Shown: piece by piece, positions 38,745-49,513 of the stretch
Layout: every line of letters starts with the position of its first letter
How positions within the stretch are numbered: the stretch's first letter is position 1
NCBI GenBank assembly: GCA_965238175.1
Contig: CBDEGZ010000003.1
Span: 480,001 to 544,000 of the forward strand
Reading direction: 5' to 3'
Length of the DNA: 64,000 nucleotides
Source: Gammaproteobacteria bacterium
Lineage (GTDB): Bacteria; Pseudomonadota; Gammaproteobacteria; CAJXQU01
The notes under the pieces: generated by a model
Seen by the model: the letters and a program-made list of their open reading frames with translations, nothing else
Database searches by the model: none
Told to the model about the DNA's origin: nothing
Made by a program: the position numbers and the translations under genes

Positions 38745-40814
38745 ATGGATGCGATCAATTTAAAAAACCCAGATTTGTATAACAACCGCGAACTCAGTCT
38801 TTTAGAGTTTAATCGTCGCGTATTAGCAATGGCCGAAGACCCAGACGTGCCATTGCTTGAACGTTTGCAATTTATGACTATCACAAGTACCAACCTGGAC
38901 GAATTTTTCGAGATCCGAATTGCCGGCTTGAAACATCAAGTGGCTTTTGCATCTGTGCAAACCGGTCCAGATAATCTTAGTCCGGTTGATCAACTAAAAC
39001 GGGTGAGTGAGTCTGCACATCAATTGATAGAAGAACAATATAGGATCCTTAATACTCAATTGATTCCAGATCTTGAGGAAGCAGGGATCAAGTTCTTACG
39101 TCGTGTTGATTGGGATGAAAAAACGGCGGCTTGGGTTCGTCGTTATTTTACTCATGATGTGTTGCCTGTTGTGAGCCCGATTGGTTTAGATCCGGCACAT
39201 CCATTCCCGCGAATTTTAAATAAAAGTTTAAATTTTATTGTTTCGTTGGAAGGCAAAGATGCCTTTGGACGAAATAGTGGAATTGCGATTGTACAAGCGC
39301 CACGTTCACTACCACGTTTACTGCAAATTCCTGATCATGTCAGTGGTGGTTCCTATGATTTTGTTTTTCTCTCGTCGATAATTCATGAGCATGTTTCTGA
39401 TCTTTTTCCGGGGATGCAGGTAAAGGGATGTTATCAATTCCGTGTAACGCGAAATGGTGATCTTTTTGTCGATGATGAAGAGGTTGATGATTTACTCCGT
39501 GCATTAGAAGGGCAGCTACCTTCCAGGCGATTTTCTCAAGCAATGCGATTGGAAGTGGCTGATAATTGTCCTCCAGAAATTGCACAGTTTTTGTTAGATC
39601 AATTTAAATTGACCGCGGATGATTTATATCAGGTACATGGACCGGTTAATTTAAAACGTTTGATCCACCTGTATGATCTGGTTGATATTCCGACGTTAAA
39701 ATACCCAGGTTTTATACCTGGCATTCCAAAAACTTTGACACTTGGAACGGACAATTTCGAAGCAATCCAGCAAGGTGATATTTTACTTAATCACCCCTTT
39801 GAGTCTTTTGCACCCGTATTGGAGTTTATTCGTCAGGCAGCATCGGATCCCAACGTTCTTTCTATTAAGCAGACCTTGTATAGAACCGGTGCAGATTCTG
39901 CCGTGGTAAACGCCTTAGTTGAAGCGGCGCGAGCAGGTAAGGAAGTCACAGTAGTCATAGAACTACGTGCACGTTTCGATGAAGAGGCAAATATCGAACT
40001 TGCTAATAAACTACAAGAAGCCGGTGCGCATGTTGTGTATGGTGTTGTTGGCCATAAAACACATGCGAAAATGTTATTAGTTGTGCGTAGAGAAGGCCGT
40101 CGACTAAGTCGCTATGTGCATTTAGGGACTGGAAATTACCATGCAAGTACAGCGCGTGTTTATACCGATTATGGTCTTTTCACCTGTGATCCTGATTTTG
40201 CGGAGGATGTACATAAAATTTTCCATCAGCTTACTGCACCCGGTAAGCCAGGTAAATTAAAAAAACTACTGCAGTCACCTTTCACGTTGCATAAATCAAT
40301 ATTGAAATTTATTGAAGAAGAAATTGAACACGCGAGAGCTGGAAAGCAGGCAAAAATCATTGCAAAGATGAATGCGCTAACCGACCGTGAAATTATCCGG
40401 ATGCTATATAGTGCATCACAAGCGGGTGTGAAAATTCAGCTTATCGTAAGGGGTGTATGCTTACTTAAACCTGGGGTGAAAGGCGTGTCGGATAATATTT
40501 CTGTACGATCAATTATCGGGCGTTTTCTTGAGCATCCCCGGATTTATTATTTTTTAAATGATGGTGATAGCCATTTATATTGTTCCAGTGCTGATTGGAT
40601 GGAACGAAACTTTTTCCGTCGGATTGAAGCGTGTTTTCCTATTGTCGATCAAAAATTAAACCAACGGGTTTTAAAACAAGGTTTGATGCTGTATCTCTCC
40701 GATAATACACAGGCCTGGACTCTACAAGTGGACGGCGGCTATGAAAGAACGAGTCCTAAAAAACTGGATCCGAAGTCTGCTCAGGAAATATTGCTTGAAG
40801 AATTAGGTGACTAG
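38745..40814 (+). CDS. ppk1: Polyphosphate kinase 1
   Basis: NRELSLLEFNRRV, NLDEFF, ELRARFDE, KTHAK, GTGNY, RFLEH, SSADWM. Confidence 0.97.
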   Translation: MDAINLKNPDLYNNRELSLLEFNRRVLAMAEDPDVPLLERLQFMTITSTNLDEFFEIRIAGLKHQVAFASVQTGPDNLSPVDQLKRVSESAHQLIEEQYRILNTQLIPDLEEAGIKFLRRVDWDEKTAAWVRRYFTHDVLPVVSPIGLDPAHPFPRILNKSLNFIVSLEGKDAFGRNSGIAIVQAPRSLPRLLQIPDHVSGGSYDFVFLSSIIHEHVSDLFPGMQVKGCYQFRVTRNGDLFVDDEEVDDLLRALEGQLPSRRFSQAMRLEVADNCPPEIAQFLLDQFKLTADDLYQVHGPVNLKRLIHLYDLVDIPTLKYPGFIPGIPKTLTLGTDNFEAIQQGDILLNHPFESFAPVLEFIRQAASDPNVLSIKQTLYRTGADSAVVNALVEAARAGKEVTVVIELRARFDEEANIELANKLQEAGAHVVYGVVGHKTHAKMLLVVRREGRRLSRYVHLGTGNYHASTARVYTDYGLFTCDPDFAEDVHKIFHQLTAPGKPGKLKKLLQSPFTLHKSILKFIEEEIEHARAGKQAKIIAKMNALTDREIIRMLYSASQAGVKIQLIVRGVCLLKPGVKGVSDNISVRSIIGRFLEHPRIYYFLNDGDSHLYCSSADWMERNFFRRIEACFPIVDQKLNQRVLKQGLMLYLSDNTQAWTLQVDGGYERTSPKKLDPKSAQEILLEELGD

Positions 40815-40824
40815 CAGCATTTTG

Positions 40825-42315
40825 TTATTCGTATTTAAGCAGATAACCGGCTGCGTTAAGATAACAAGACTCTTGTTTGAGATCTGCTTTGGTTAGCGGA
40901 TGTTCTTCAAGCCAATTTTCTGGAAAGCTCAATTTTATATTATATTGATCTGGCGCTAAGTTTATTTCTGGTAGTTCGATGTCTGACTGGCCTCGGTGTA
41001 GTACGACGGCCAGTCTTAATAACACACACAGTCTTTCCACCCTGGTCTGATGAGGTTTTGGTAGCTGGCCTACCTCTGTAAGAGGAAATTTACGTCGGTG
41101 GCCTCTTACAATGGTCGCTAGTAGTTGTTGATCATGGCGTGAAAACCCTGGCATGTCTAAGTTAGATAATAAATAATATCCATGTTTATGATATAGGGTA
41201 TATGAAATTGTTGTACCGATTTCATGCAATCTTGCCGCCCAGTGTAGTTGCTGCTCGTAGTCACGAAGCTTCCAAATTTTTTTCGATTGCTTAAAAAAAC
41301 CAAGTACGCTTTTTTCGACGCGATTAGCTTGTTCAGTATTGATTCTGTAGTGTTGTTCCAGAGTCTCTACCGTACCTTCACGGACGTCTTCTTTTCGTAT
41401 TCGTCCTAATAGATCGTATATTGCCCCTTCTCTCAGAGCACCATCTGAAATAAACATGCGATCAATTTTCAGTGATTTAAAGGTCGCTGCGAGGATTGCG
41501 ACACCGCCTGGAAAGATGGCAACTCGATCTTGGGCTAATCCTTGTAACGAAATGTTGTCAATGTGTCCCACATCGATCAAGTAGTCTGATAATTTGTTGA
41601 GCGCTGGTCTTGTGATGCCATTTTCACTCCAGCCTTGTGCGATCACAACATTACGAATGGCTAGAATTGTTCCCGATGCACCTATTGCTGTCTCCCAGCC
41701 TAGTTTTCGATAGGTTTTTTCTATTGTTTCAAGTTCCATTAATGCGGCGAGCTCAGCTTTTGCCATTGAGTTAGAATCAATTTTGCCTTTCTTAAAAAAT
41801 TTATCACTAAAAACCACACAACCCATATGTAGACTTTCCATTTTTCTTGGTTTGAAGTGATGGCCAAGTATAAATTCAGTACTACCACCACCTATATCCA
41901 TCACTAAACGGCGATTATTATCGTCTTCGAGACTATGTGAAACACCAAGGTAAATAAGGCGTGCTTCTTCCCGACCAGAAATTATATCGATTGGGTGACC
42001 AATTGCTTCTTCAGCTCGGATCAAAAATTCGGTGCTATTTTTAGCTTTACGTAGAGTATTTGTCCCAACTATACGTACACTGCCTTTTGGCATATCACGC
42101 AGGCGCTGGCCAAATCGAGACAGACACTCTAATGCGCGATTCATAGAATCTTCAGACAAACGGTTTTTGCTATCGAGACCAGTAGCCAGTCGAATACTTT
42201 CTTTGATTTTATCGACCAATTGTAGTCGGCCATCAGACAGCTGCATTACGATCATGTGAAAACTGTTTGAACCCAAATCAACGGCGGCAACATGGGTTAT
42301 TTCGAGACTGCTCAT
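40825..42315 (-). CDS. ppx: Exopolyphosphatase Ppx/GppA
   Basis: DLGSNSFH, SGREEARL, DIGGGSTE, ALREG, HD-type LHEIG. Confidence 0.95.
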   Translation of the reverse strand: MSSLEITHVAAVDLGSNSFHMIVMQLSDGRLQLVDKIKESIRLATGLDSKNRLSEDSMNRALECLSRFGQRLRDMPKGSVRIVGTNTLRKAKNSTEFLIRAEEAIGHPIDIISGREEARLIYLGVSHSLEDDNNRRLVMDIGGGSTEFILGHHFKPRKMESLHMGCVVFSDKFFKKGKIDSNSMAKAELAALMELETIEKTYRKLGWETAIGASGTILAIRNVVIAQGWSENGITRPALNKLSDYLIDVGHIDNISLQGLAQDRVAIFPGGVAILAATFKSLKIDRMFISDGALREGAIYDLLGRIRKEDVREGTVETLEQHYRINTEQANRVEKSVLGFFKQSKKIWKLRDYEQQLHWAARLHEIGTTISYTLYHKHGYYLLSNLDMPGFSRHDQQLLATIVRGHRRKFPLTEVGQLPKPHQTRVERLCVLLRLAVVLHRGQSDIELPEINLAPDQYNIKLSFPENWLEEHPLTKADLKQESCYLNAAGYLLKYE

Positions 42316-42445
42316 GAACGATTATTGTATACTATCGTAGATCTACCGTCAGTTTAGACACATTACTTAATAATTTGAGAGCTTAAATAGCTTGTCGTAG
42401 GAACAGTGTTAAAGGAAACATAAATCAGGAGTTCTACCATTAAGA

Positions 42446-43927
42446 GTGGTCAACCATACTATTAAAATTCGAATATTCACGGCTCTATTTAGCCTAGTTC
42501 TTTCCACATTTGCTTATTACTTTGATGATATTATCAACAATGATGGCATCTTATACATGCAGGCTGCACAGGCTTTTCTCGACGGGGGTTTGTCAGCGGC
42601 CACAGAGGTCTATCCATGGCCTTTTTTTTCAATTATTGTTGCTTTTATTCATCAACTCAGTGGCCTTCCGCTTGAGATCAGTGCTTGCGTATTAAACACG
42701 CTTTTGTTTGTTTTATTAACCGATGTATTGTTACAAATCAGCATGAAATTATTGACTGATGAACGACAGTGGTTCATTGCTGCATTATTGATCCTTTGTT
42801 TTTTCACCCTTAATGAATACCGACATTTCATTATAAGAGATATTGGCTATTGGTCTTTTTGTTGTTGGACATTGTATCGATTTATATTGTTTCTTGAAAA
42901 GTCTTCTTTGAAGAATTTTATTTCTTGGCAACTTGCGGTTCTTGCATCTATTTTATTTCGTTTGGATGGGTTGGTTATTTTTCTCGGGCTGCCTGTGTAT
43001 TTACTGGTTGCTTCATCGTCAAATTATATGCCCGAGCAAGGTTCTAAACCAAACTACAAAATTATTTTCTTTCTAATTTTGATCTCTACTTTGGTTATAG
43101 GAACTGTATTAGTGACGACTTCTCTTGATATTGTTTATATCTATAACTCATATACGAATACAGGCGAGAAAGAGAGCGTTTTTACATTGTTTGAAAATAA
43201 AACCTCAATTATTGAAACTCAAATTTTGAATAAATACTCTGCACATTACAGCAAAATTGTACTTGTTTCTGGTTTAATCATGATGATGATTTATAAGCTG
43301 ATTAAAGGGCTGTCGATAGGCTATTTAGGATTCTATTTGGTATCATGGATGCAGCAAAAAAAAATAGAGCCCAATAAATATAGGTCACTACTGTTATACT
43401 TTATCGCGTTAAATATTATTCTTTTGTTGACGGTTTTATTCCATAGATATTTTGTTTCACAACGGCATGCAATTATTGTATTAATTGGGATTTTGTTATT
43501 GATACTACCAAGGTTAACAGTATTCATTCAATGGGTTTGGCTATCTAAAAATAAAAAATGGAGAATGGTTATTGTAGCAGTATTATTAATTAGCCTAATC
43601 AATGGAATCACACAATCAAATTCAAAATCATATATTAAAGATACTGCTATTTGGGCAAGTAAAAATTTGACTGGGGATATGAAGGTGCTAACTGATAATA
43701 GGGCAATAGAGTATTATTTTAATAATCATCAGTCATCGATTAAATTGATCGGAAATAAAAGCGTCATTAATTTGTATCAAAATTATGATTACCTGATTCT
43801 GATTGAAAAACAACACGATGAAGAGTTGAAGGCAGTATTAGCTACGATGAATATTGTTCCTGTTTTTGATCTTGGAAACAGGCGTGATGATAAAGCAACG
43901 GTTTATAAAGTTTTGCCAAAAAAATAG
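42446..43927 (+). CDS. Polytopic membrane protein, GT-C/ArnT-like glycosyltransferase
   Basis: NNDGILY acidic loop after TM1, YPWPFFS, IRDIGYW, about a dozen TM segments; first gene of an LPS-related cluster. Confidence 0.6.
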   Translation: MVNHTIKIRIFTALFSLVLSTFAYYFDDIINNDGILYMQAAQAFLDGGLSAATEVYPWPFFSIIVAFIHQLSGLPLEISACVLNTLLFVLLTDVLLQISMKLLTDERQWFIAALLILCFFTLNEYRHFIIRDIGYWSFCCWTLYRFILFLEKSSLKNFISWQLAVLASILFRLDGLVIFLGLPVYLLVASSSNYMPEQGSKPNYKIIFFLILISTLVIGTVLVTTSLDIVYIYNSYTNTGEKESVFTLFENKTSIIETQILNKYSAHYSKIVLVSGLIMMMIYKLIKGLSIGYLGFYLVSWMQQKKIEPNKYRSLLLYFIALNIILLLTVLFHRYFVSQRHAIIVLIGILLLILPRLTVFIQWVWLSKNKKWRMVIVAVLLISLINGITQSNSKSYIKDTAIWASKNLTGDMKVLTDNRAIEYYFNNHQSSIKLIGNKSVINLYQNYDYLILIEKQHDEELKAVLATMNIVPVFDLGNRRDDKATVYKVLPKK

Positions 43928-43936
43928 CGTTTCCTT

Positions 43937-44713
43937 ATGACAAAAGAATATTGGTGCGATGATTGGTATGAAACACTTTCTAATAATAATTTAGGTGGTT
44001 TCGATGCGATTTGGAATTTAAAAACAGACTGGTTTGAAGAGCCTAATCAACGGCGCGGTGGTTGGAGTGGTGTTATAAAAATTGATCTGACTACGCCTCA
44101 AGGTAACGTTGGCATTTTTATAAAGCGTCAGGAAAATCATGGTACAAAATCACTTTTTCATCCTATTCAGGGCATGCCGACGTTTGAGCGAGAATTCAGA
44201 AATATTCAACGCTTACAAAAGAATGGATTACCGACTCTTGATCTTGTTTATTTTGCCAAGAGAATAATCAAAGGTAATAATCAAGCAATTTTGATTACAA
44301 AAGAATTAACAGATTATGTCTCACTTGAGTCAAAACGTTTTTTGGTGAAAGGGGATTTGGTTAAAACAGAACTACATAAAACTAAATTAATTGAAAAGGT
44401 TGCTGGTGCGATAAGACAAATTCATAAACATCACTACCAACATAACTGTCTCTATTTAAAGCATATCTTTGTGAAACCTATTAATGATTCTTGGGATATT
44501 AAAATAATTGATTTGGAAAAACTCAAATGGCGTCTTTATAGAAAAGATGCTGTTTTTCGAGATCTTTATACTCTACATAGACACTCAGAAAATTGGTCCG
44601 ATAGAATAAATGTAAAATTTTTCAAGTCTTATGTCGGTGAGAGAAAGCTTTCATCCGAATCAAAAAAACTTTTGCGTTCTATTGAAGAAAAAGCACACTC
44701 TAAGCGTATGTAA
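43937..44713 (+). CDS. InaA/Kdo-WaaP family lipopolysaccharide kinase
   Basis: WFEEPNQRRGGWSGV, FIKRQ, PTFERE, HNCLYLKH, IDLEK. Confidence 0.88.
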   Translation: MTKEYWCDDWYETLSNNNLGGFDAIWNLKTDWFEEPNQRRGGWSGVIKIDLTTPQGNVGIFIKRQENHGTKSLFHPIQGMPTFEREFRNIQRLQKNGLPTLDLVYFAKRIIKGNNQAILITKELTDYVSLESKRFLVKGDLVKTELHKTKLIEKVAGAIRQIHKHHYQHNCLYLKHIFVKPINDSWDIKIIDLEKLKWRLYRKDAVFRDLYTLHRHSENWSDRINVKFFKSYVGERKLSSESKKLLRSIEEKAHSKRM

Positions 44714-44765
44714 TGTCGTCAGAAGTTGCCACCTTGAAAATCGAAATAAATTTAAGAATAATAAT

Positions 44766-46490
44766 ATGATTATATTAGGTCTATCAGGCGCAGTAAATCA
44801 TGATGCATCTGCCGCGATATATAATAATGGTAAATTGGTTGCAGCTGCAGAAGAAGAACGTTTTCTGCGTGACAAACATGCTAAAGGTAAGATGGCTTAT
44901 GAAGCGACAAAGTTTTGTCTAGAGCAGGCAAATATCAGGCCTGATCAAATTGATATAGTCGCTTTTCCTTATACTCAAATTTCTCTTAAGTCTCCAGCAC
45001 GATGGCATTATGCGCGACGTTATTGGTATGCACCAGATCGTGCGTTGACCGCACTATTCAGTGGTAATCGTCGCTACTGGCGAAACCACCAAAATGTTAT
45101 GAAATTACTCGACGATCTTGGTATCGATTCAAAACGTGTATCTTTCGAACCTGTCGAACATCATCTTGCCCATGCAAGTAGTGCTTATCATCTGAGCGGT
45201 TTTGAAGAAAAAACAGCAATCATCGGAATTGATGGTAAGGGTGAATATGCCACAACATTTTTTGGTTATGGTGAAAATGGAAAGATCTATAAAATTAAAG
45301 AATTTTATGATCCAGATTCTCTTGGTGGAATGTATGGCGCATTAACGGAATTTCTCGGTTTCGAAATGTTAGACGGTGAGTTTAAAGTAATGGGAATGGC
45401 GCCATATGGTGATCCAAATCGTTTTGACTTTTCACGGCTAATTAAATTTCAAAATGGCGACTTTAAGGTTAATACTAAACTTGTTAATACGCTTGGCTTT
45501 CGAAGATTTAAGAAAAAAGGTAAAGGTTATTTTTTTAGTCCAAAACTGATCGACTGGTTAGGTCCAATGCGTGATGGGGATGAAATTGATGATCCCTATA
45601 TTGACTATGCTGCAAGCATCCAAAATTTGTTAGAAAAAACAGCATTACACTTAATTGATTACTATCTTGGTGACATCATTAAAGAAACAGGAAAAGTTTG
45701 TTTTGCTGGAGGTGTGGCGCTTAATGTAAAACTAAATCAACGCATCATTGCGATACCAGATGTAAAGGAACTCTTTGTACAACCCGCTGCTAGTGATGCT
45801 GGTACGGCCATTGGTGCAGCAAGCTATGCTTCAGAAAAAGCTGACGTTCCTGTTGAAAAAATGGAGCATGTGTATCTCGGCCCTTCATATACAACTGATG
45901 TTTGTATCAAAGTTTGTGAGGATTATCCCAAAGATGTGAAATGGCAACGTTTGGAAAATGTTACTCAACAAACGGCTGAAATTCTTAATAAGGGGAATCC
46001 TGTTTCCTGGTTTCAAGGTCGGATGGAGTTCGGGCCTCGCGCGTTAGGTAACCGGAGTATTTTGGGTAGCCCCGATCACTCAGGTGTTGCCGATAGAATA
46101 AATGCACAGATAAAATATCGTGAACGATGGCGCCCATTTTGTCCGAGTATGTTAGATCGCATAGCTCCAGAAATCTTACAAACAGATCATCCAAGCCCAT
46201 ATATGACTTTTACGTTTGACGTAGCAGAAAACTGGAAGAAACGTATTCCTGAAGTTGTGCATGAAGATGGAACTGCGCGAGCTCAGATAGTCACAAAAGA
46301 AACCAATCCAAGATATTATTCGCTGTTGGAAGAAATAGAAAAATTAAATGGTAATGCAGTTTTACTTAATACATCACTTAACCGTCGCGGAGAACCGATG
46401 GTCTGTAGTCCTACGGATGCTTTGAATATGTTCTATGGATCCGATCTTGAATATTTGGTGATGGAAGATATTTTGATTACAAAATCATGA
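44766..46490 (+). CDS. O-carbamoyltransferase (NodU/CmcH family)
   Basis: HDASA, EEERF, EHHLAHA, DGKGE, GGVALN, DAG, EFGPRALGNRS, RWRPF, NTSLN; start at ATG 44766. Confidence 0.92.
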   Translation: MIILGLSGAVNHDASAAIYNNGKLVAAAEEERFLRDKHAKGKMAYEATKFCLEQANIRPDQIDIVAFPYTQISLKSPARWHYARRYWYAPDRALTALFSGNRRYWRNHQNVMKLLDDLGIDSKRVSFEPVEHHLAHASSAYHLSGFEEKTAIIGIDGKGEYATTFFGYGENGKIYKIKEFYDPDSLGGMYGALTEFLGFEMLDGEFKVMGMAPYGDPNRFDFSRLIKFQNGDFKVNTKLVNTLGFRRFKKKGKGYFFSPKLIDWLGPMRDGDEIDDPYIDYAASIQNLLEKTALHLIDYYLGDIIKETGKVCFAGGVALNVKLNQRIIAIPDVKELFVQPAASDAGTAIGAASYASEKADVPVEKMEHVYLGPSYTTDVCIKVCEDYPKDVKWQRLENVTQQTAEILNKGNPVSWFQGRMEFGPRALGNRSILGSPDHSGVADRINAQIKYRERWRPFCPSMLDRIAPEILQTDHPSPYMTFTFDVAENWKKRIPEVVHEDGTARAQIVTKETNPRYYSLLEEIEKLNGNAVLLNTSLNRRGEPMVCSPTDALNMFYGSDLEYLVMEDILITKS

Positions 46491-46556
46491 TTAAGCATGA
46501 TCCAGAATTCATGGTTGGTAAAGGGTTGCATTGAAAAAATATTTGCTTATTTATTA

Positions 46557-47599
46557 ACTCCAACTCGGTTTAAGAAAATGAACTAACGGCCTGTTCCCCG
46601 ATCAGATCAATTGTCATCAAACAATTGAAAAAAAGGAGAACAGACCGATGTATAAATTAGTTGAAATCTTTTGTGATGTCGATGATAAGGTGAATGCCGA
46701 AGGCAGAGAGAATACCCTGGGGTATTTTTGTCAACACTTCATGCCGTTGTGGGAACAACAATTATTGACCGATGGCAAACGTCAACGTCGTCGAGTTGGA
46801 CGAATGCAGGCCAGCGAAATCATAACAATTATTATTCTGTTTCATCACTCCAACCATCGTGACTTCAAGAACTATTACAAAGGTTTTGTGGCTCAATTCT
46901 ATGCAAAGGACTTTCCCGAGATACTAAGCTACACGCGCTTTCTAGAGGTAATGCCGACGGTGCTTGTTCCTTTATGCAGCTACTTTTCTTATCTCAAAGG
47001 TAAACCCACTGGCGTTGCGTTTATCGATTCAACCGCCTTAAAAGTGTGCCACAATCTGCGTATTCCACGCCATCGTGTTTTCAAAGATATTGCTCAACGA
47101 GGTCGAGGCACCATGGGCTGGTTTTATGGCTTCAAATTGCACCTCATCACCAATCATCAGGGGGATATCCTTGCGGCCAAAATCACACCTGGAAATGTCG
47201 ATGACCGTCAGCCTGTTCCTGAACTCTGTGAAGCGATGAATGGCAAACTATACGAGGATAAAGGCTATATCAGCCAAGCCTTATCGAGCGAATTGTTTGA
47301 TAAAGGCGTTGAGTTGGTGACCAATGTCCGGAAAAACATGAAAGCAAGAGTCCTTTCATTATGGGACAGAGCCATGTTGAGTCGGCGTTTTATTATTGAA
47401 ACGATCAATGACCAATTGAAGAACATATCGCAAATAGAACATTCCAGACACCGCTCTGTACATGGCTTTATGCTCAATCTTATTGGTGGGTTGATTGCTT
47501 ATTGTCTGAAAGAGAGCAAGCCGTCTTTGAACGTGTCAGGGGAAGAGTTCAATTGTTTGAAACAGGCATTAGTAACGGTGGATTAAACCGATCTGAGGT
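46557..47599 (+). mobile_element. IS982-family element; transposase at 46648-47586
   Basis: IFCDVDD, IDST, GWFYGFKLH, DKGY, RFIIET, EHSRHRS; imperfect IRs AACTCCAACTCGGTTTAA / TTAAACCGATCTGAGGTT (14/18); AT-rich flanks. Confidence 0.92.
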
Positions 47600-47990
47600 T
47601 AATTAATAAAATTGTCGATGTAGAATTTTAGATGCTCAGTGACATGAGCGACTTGTATCTCAGCCATACTAAGCTGGTAAGCAGTTTACGCTTAATAATA
47701 CCTTGTGATATTAGTTTTGATTTATGCAGAAATTAAGATCCAAAACCACCCTGTTCAAGTTAAATTTATTGATGAGCTAGATATATTTAATAATGAAATT
47801 GAAAATTCACGTGTGAGTTTTCTCACAATCTTGAAAAAGTAATTTATGTTTAATTCTAATGCTTTAGTACCTCAGGAAGAAGCTGTGGTGAGAAAGACAT
47901 ATTAGATTTGAAAAGACATTAGACAGAAAAATACTAAGTTCAAGCATACAAGGTTAAAATGGTTATTATTTTTGTATATTAGGAGGTGCC

Positions 47991-48275
47991 GTGATGAATA
48001 ATCTAGAAAAAACAAGTGATTGGAAACGTTTGCTTTACATGTTTCTGTTTGCTGTACTTTTTAATGTTTCCGAGTTTGTTATTTATGTCATTATGATGAT
48101 TCAATTTGTTTTAAGATTGACGACAGGTGAGATGAATAATGAATTGTTGAGCCTGAGTAAAAATATTGCTCGATACGCATCACAGTTAGTAGAGTATTTG
48201 ACGTTTATAACGGATGAGAAACCTTATCCGTTTTCACCTTGGTCTAATGAGGAAATAAAAAATAAAATTCACTAA
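47991..48275 (+). CDS. DUF4389-like small membrane protein
   Basis: WKRLLYM...QF...YLTF.TDEKPYPFS.W pattern; AGGAGG SD. Confidence 0.75.
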   Translation: MMNNLEKTSDWKRLLYMFLFAVLFNVSEFVIYVIMMIQFVLRLTTGEMNNELLSLSKNIARYASQLVEYLTFITDEKPYPFSPWSNEEIKNKIH

Positions 48276-48333
48276 GAAATGTTAGGGTTAGCTACATAGA
48301 TGTGATCTTTATAAAATTAAATAAGAGAGAGTA

Positions 48334-48765
48334 ATGAATAATAAAAATCTCAATAAAATTCAGCTTTATCAAATAACCGTTATCTTCAGTGTGTTATTTG
48401 CGTTGCTGGGTTTTTCATACAATGTGTGGCGTATGGAGGTGACTGAAGAAAACAGTAATAACAGAACAGCCTGCTTCGAAATGTTATTAGAGCTATCCTC
48501 TTTAGAACAATTAATTTATGCCGCACATTATGATAAAAACATACAAGAAGGCAACCCAAGAAAGGGTTGGGTAAAGGTCGGGTTAATAAATGATTTAAGT
48601 GTACTCACGACTCATTCTGTTGAAAAGCAAGCTAGCGTACTGAAAGAAGTATGGGCGGTGAATTGGGATAAAATGACGGATAATCAAAGCTCCGCAGATC
48701 AAATAGTAAAAGCTATTGATTTAGTAAGAGAAGAAATCAAATTAACCTTGAGTTCACTCGAATAG
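48334..48765 (+). CDS. Hypothetical membrane-anchored protein
   Basis: One TM helix, then SYNVWR...NPRKGW; 143-aa ORF with plausible SD. Confidence 0.7.
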   Translation: MNNKNLNKIQLYQITVIFSVLFALLGFSYNVWRMEVTEENSNNRTACFEMLLELSSLEQLIYAAHYDKNIQEGNPRKGWVKVGLINDLSVLTTHSVEKQASVLKEVWAVNWDKMTDNQSSADQIVKAIDLVREEIKLTLSSLE

Positions 48766-48810
48766 CACAAATTCCTAAGGTTATATAAAGGATCTGCCAC
48801 AGCTACGCTA

Positions 48811-49503
48811 ATGAAAAAAATTAAGCAGGTTTTGATCAAATTAGGTCTTATTATTTTAGGTTTAATGGCGCTCTCAATTTGTCTGGTTTTTATTCTTCGC
48901 TGGGTCAACCCTCCGACCAGTGCATTTATGCTTGGACATAAGTTCTTTGCTAAGGAAAAATCTCAAATAATTTATGAATGGCAAGACTGGGATCAAATTT
49001 CTCATGAAATGATTTTGGCCGTTATTGCGGCGGAAGACCAACGTTTTCCAGAACATGTTGGAATTGACTTTAAGCAGCTCAAGCTTGTGCTTGGAAACTA
49101 CAAAAAAGGCAAACGTTTAAGAGGTGCTAGCACCATTAGTCAGCAAACAGCTAAGAATCTTTTTTTATGGTCAGGGCGCAGTTTTTTTAGAAAAGGTCTT
49201 GAGGTCTGGTTTACTTTTTGTCTTGAAATCTTATTAGATAAAAAACGAATTTTAGAATTGTATTTAAACATTGTAGAGTTCGGTAACGGTATATATGGAG
49301 CAGAAGCTGCAAGTCAGACTTACTTTAAGAAATCCGCTGAACGGCTTACAAAAAGAGAATCAGCAATGCTGGCGGCGGCACTCCCGAATCCGAAAAACTA
49401 TAAAGTAAACAAACCCTCAAACACGGTTTATCAACGGCAAAGTTGGATATTAAAACAAATGCAAAACCTGGGGGTAAAACCGATTCAACTGCTTGAGAAG
49501 TAA
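48811..49503 (+). CDS. mtgA: Monofunctional peptidoglycan transglycosylase
   Basis: [43 protein letters not shown]. Confidence 0.95.
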   Translation: MKKIKQVLIKLGLIILGLMALSICLVFILRWVNPPTSAFMLGHKFFAKEKSQIIYEWQDWDQISHEMILAVIAAEDQRFPEHVGIDFKQLKLVLGNYKKGKRLRGASTISQQTAKNLFLWSGRSFFRKGLEVWFTFCLEILLDKKRILELYLNIVEFGNGIYGAEAASQTYFKKSAERLTKRESAMLAAALPNPKNYKVNKPSNTVYQRQSWILKQMQNLGVKPIQLLEK

Positions 49504-49513
49504 GAAGCTAACG

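Noticed and set aside
44631-44765. N-terminal extension of the carbamoyltransferase
   Set aside because: Overlaps the kinase gene; the family starts at MIILGL (44766).
47600-47980. Interrupted gene flanking IS982
   Set aside because: Probably decayed coding DNA, but no assignable motif.
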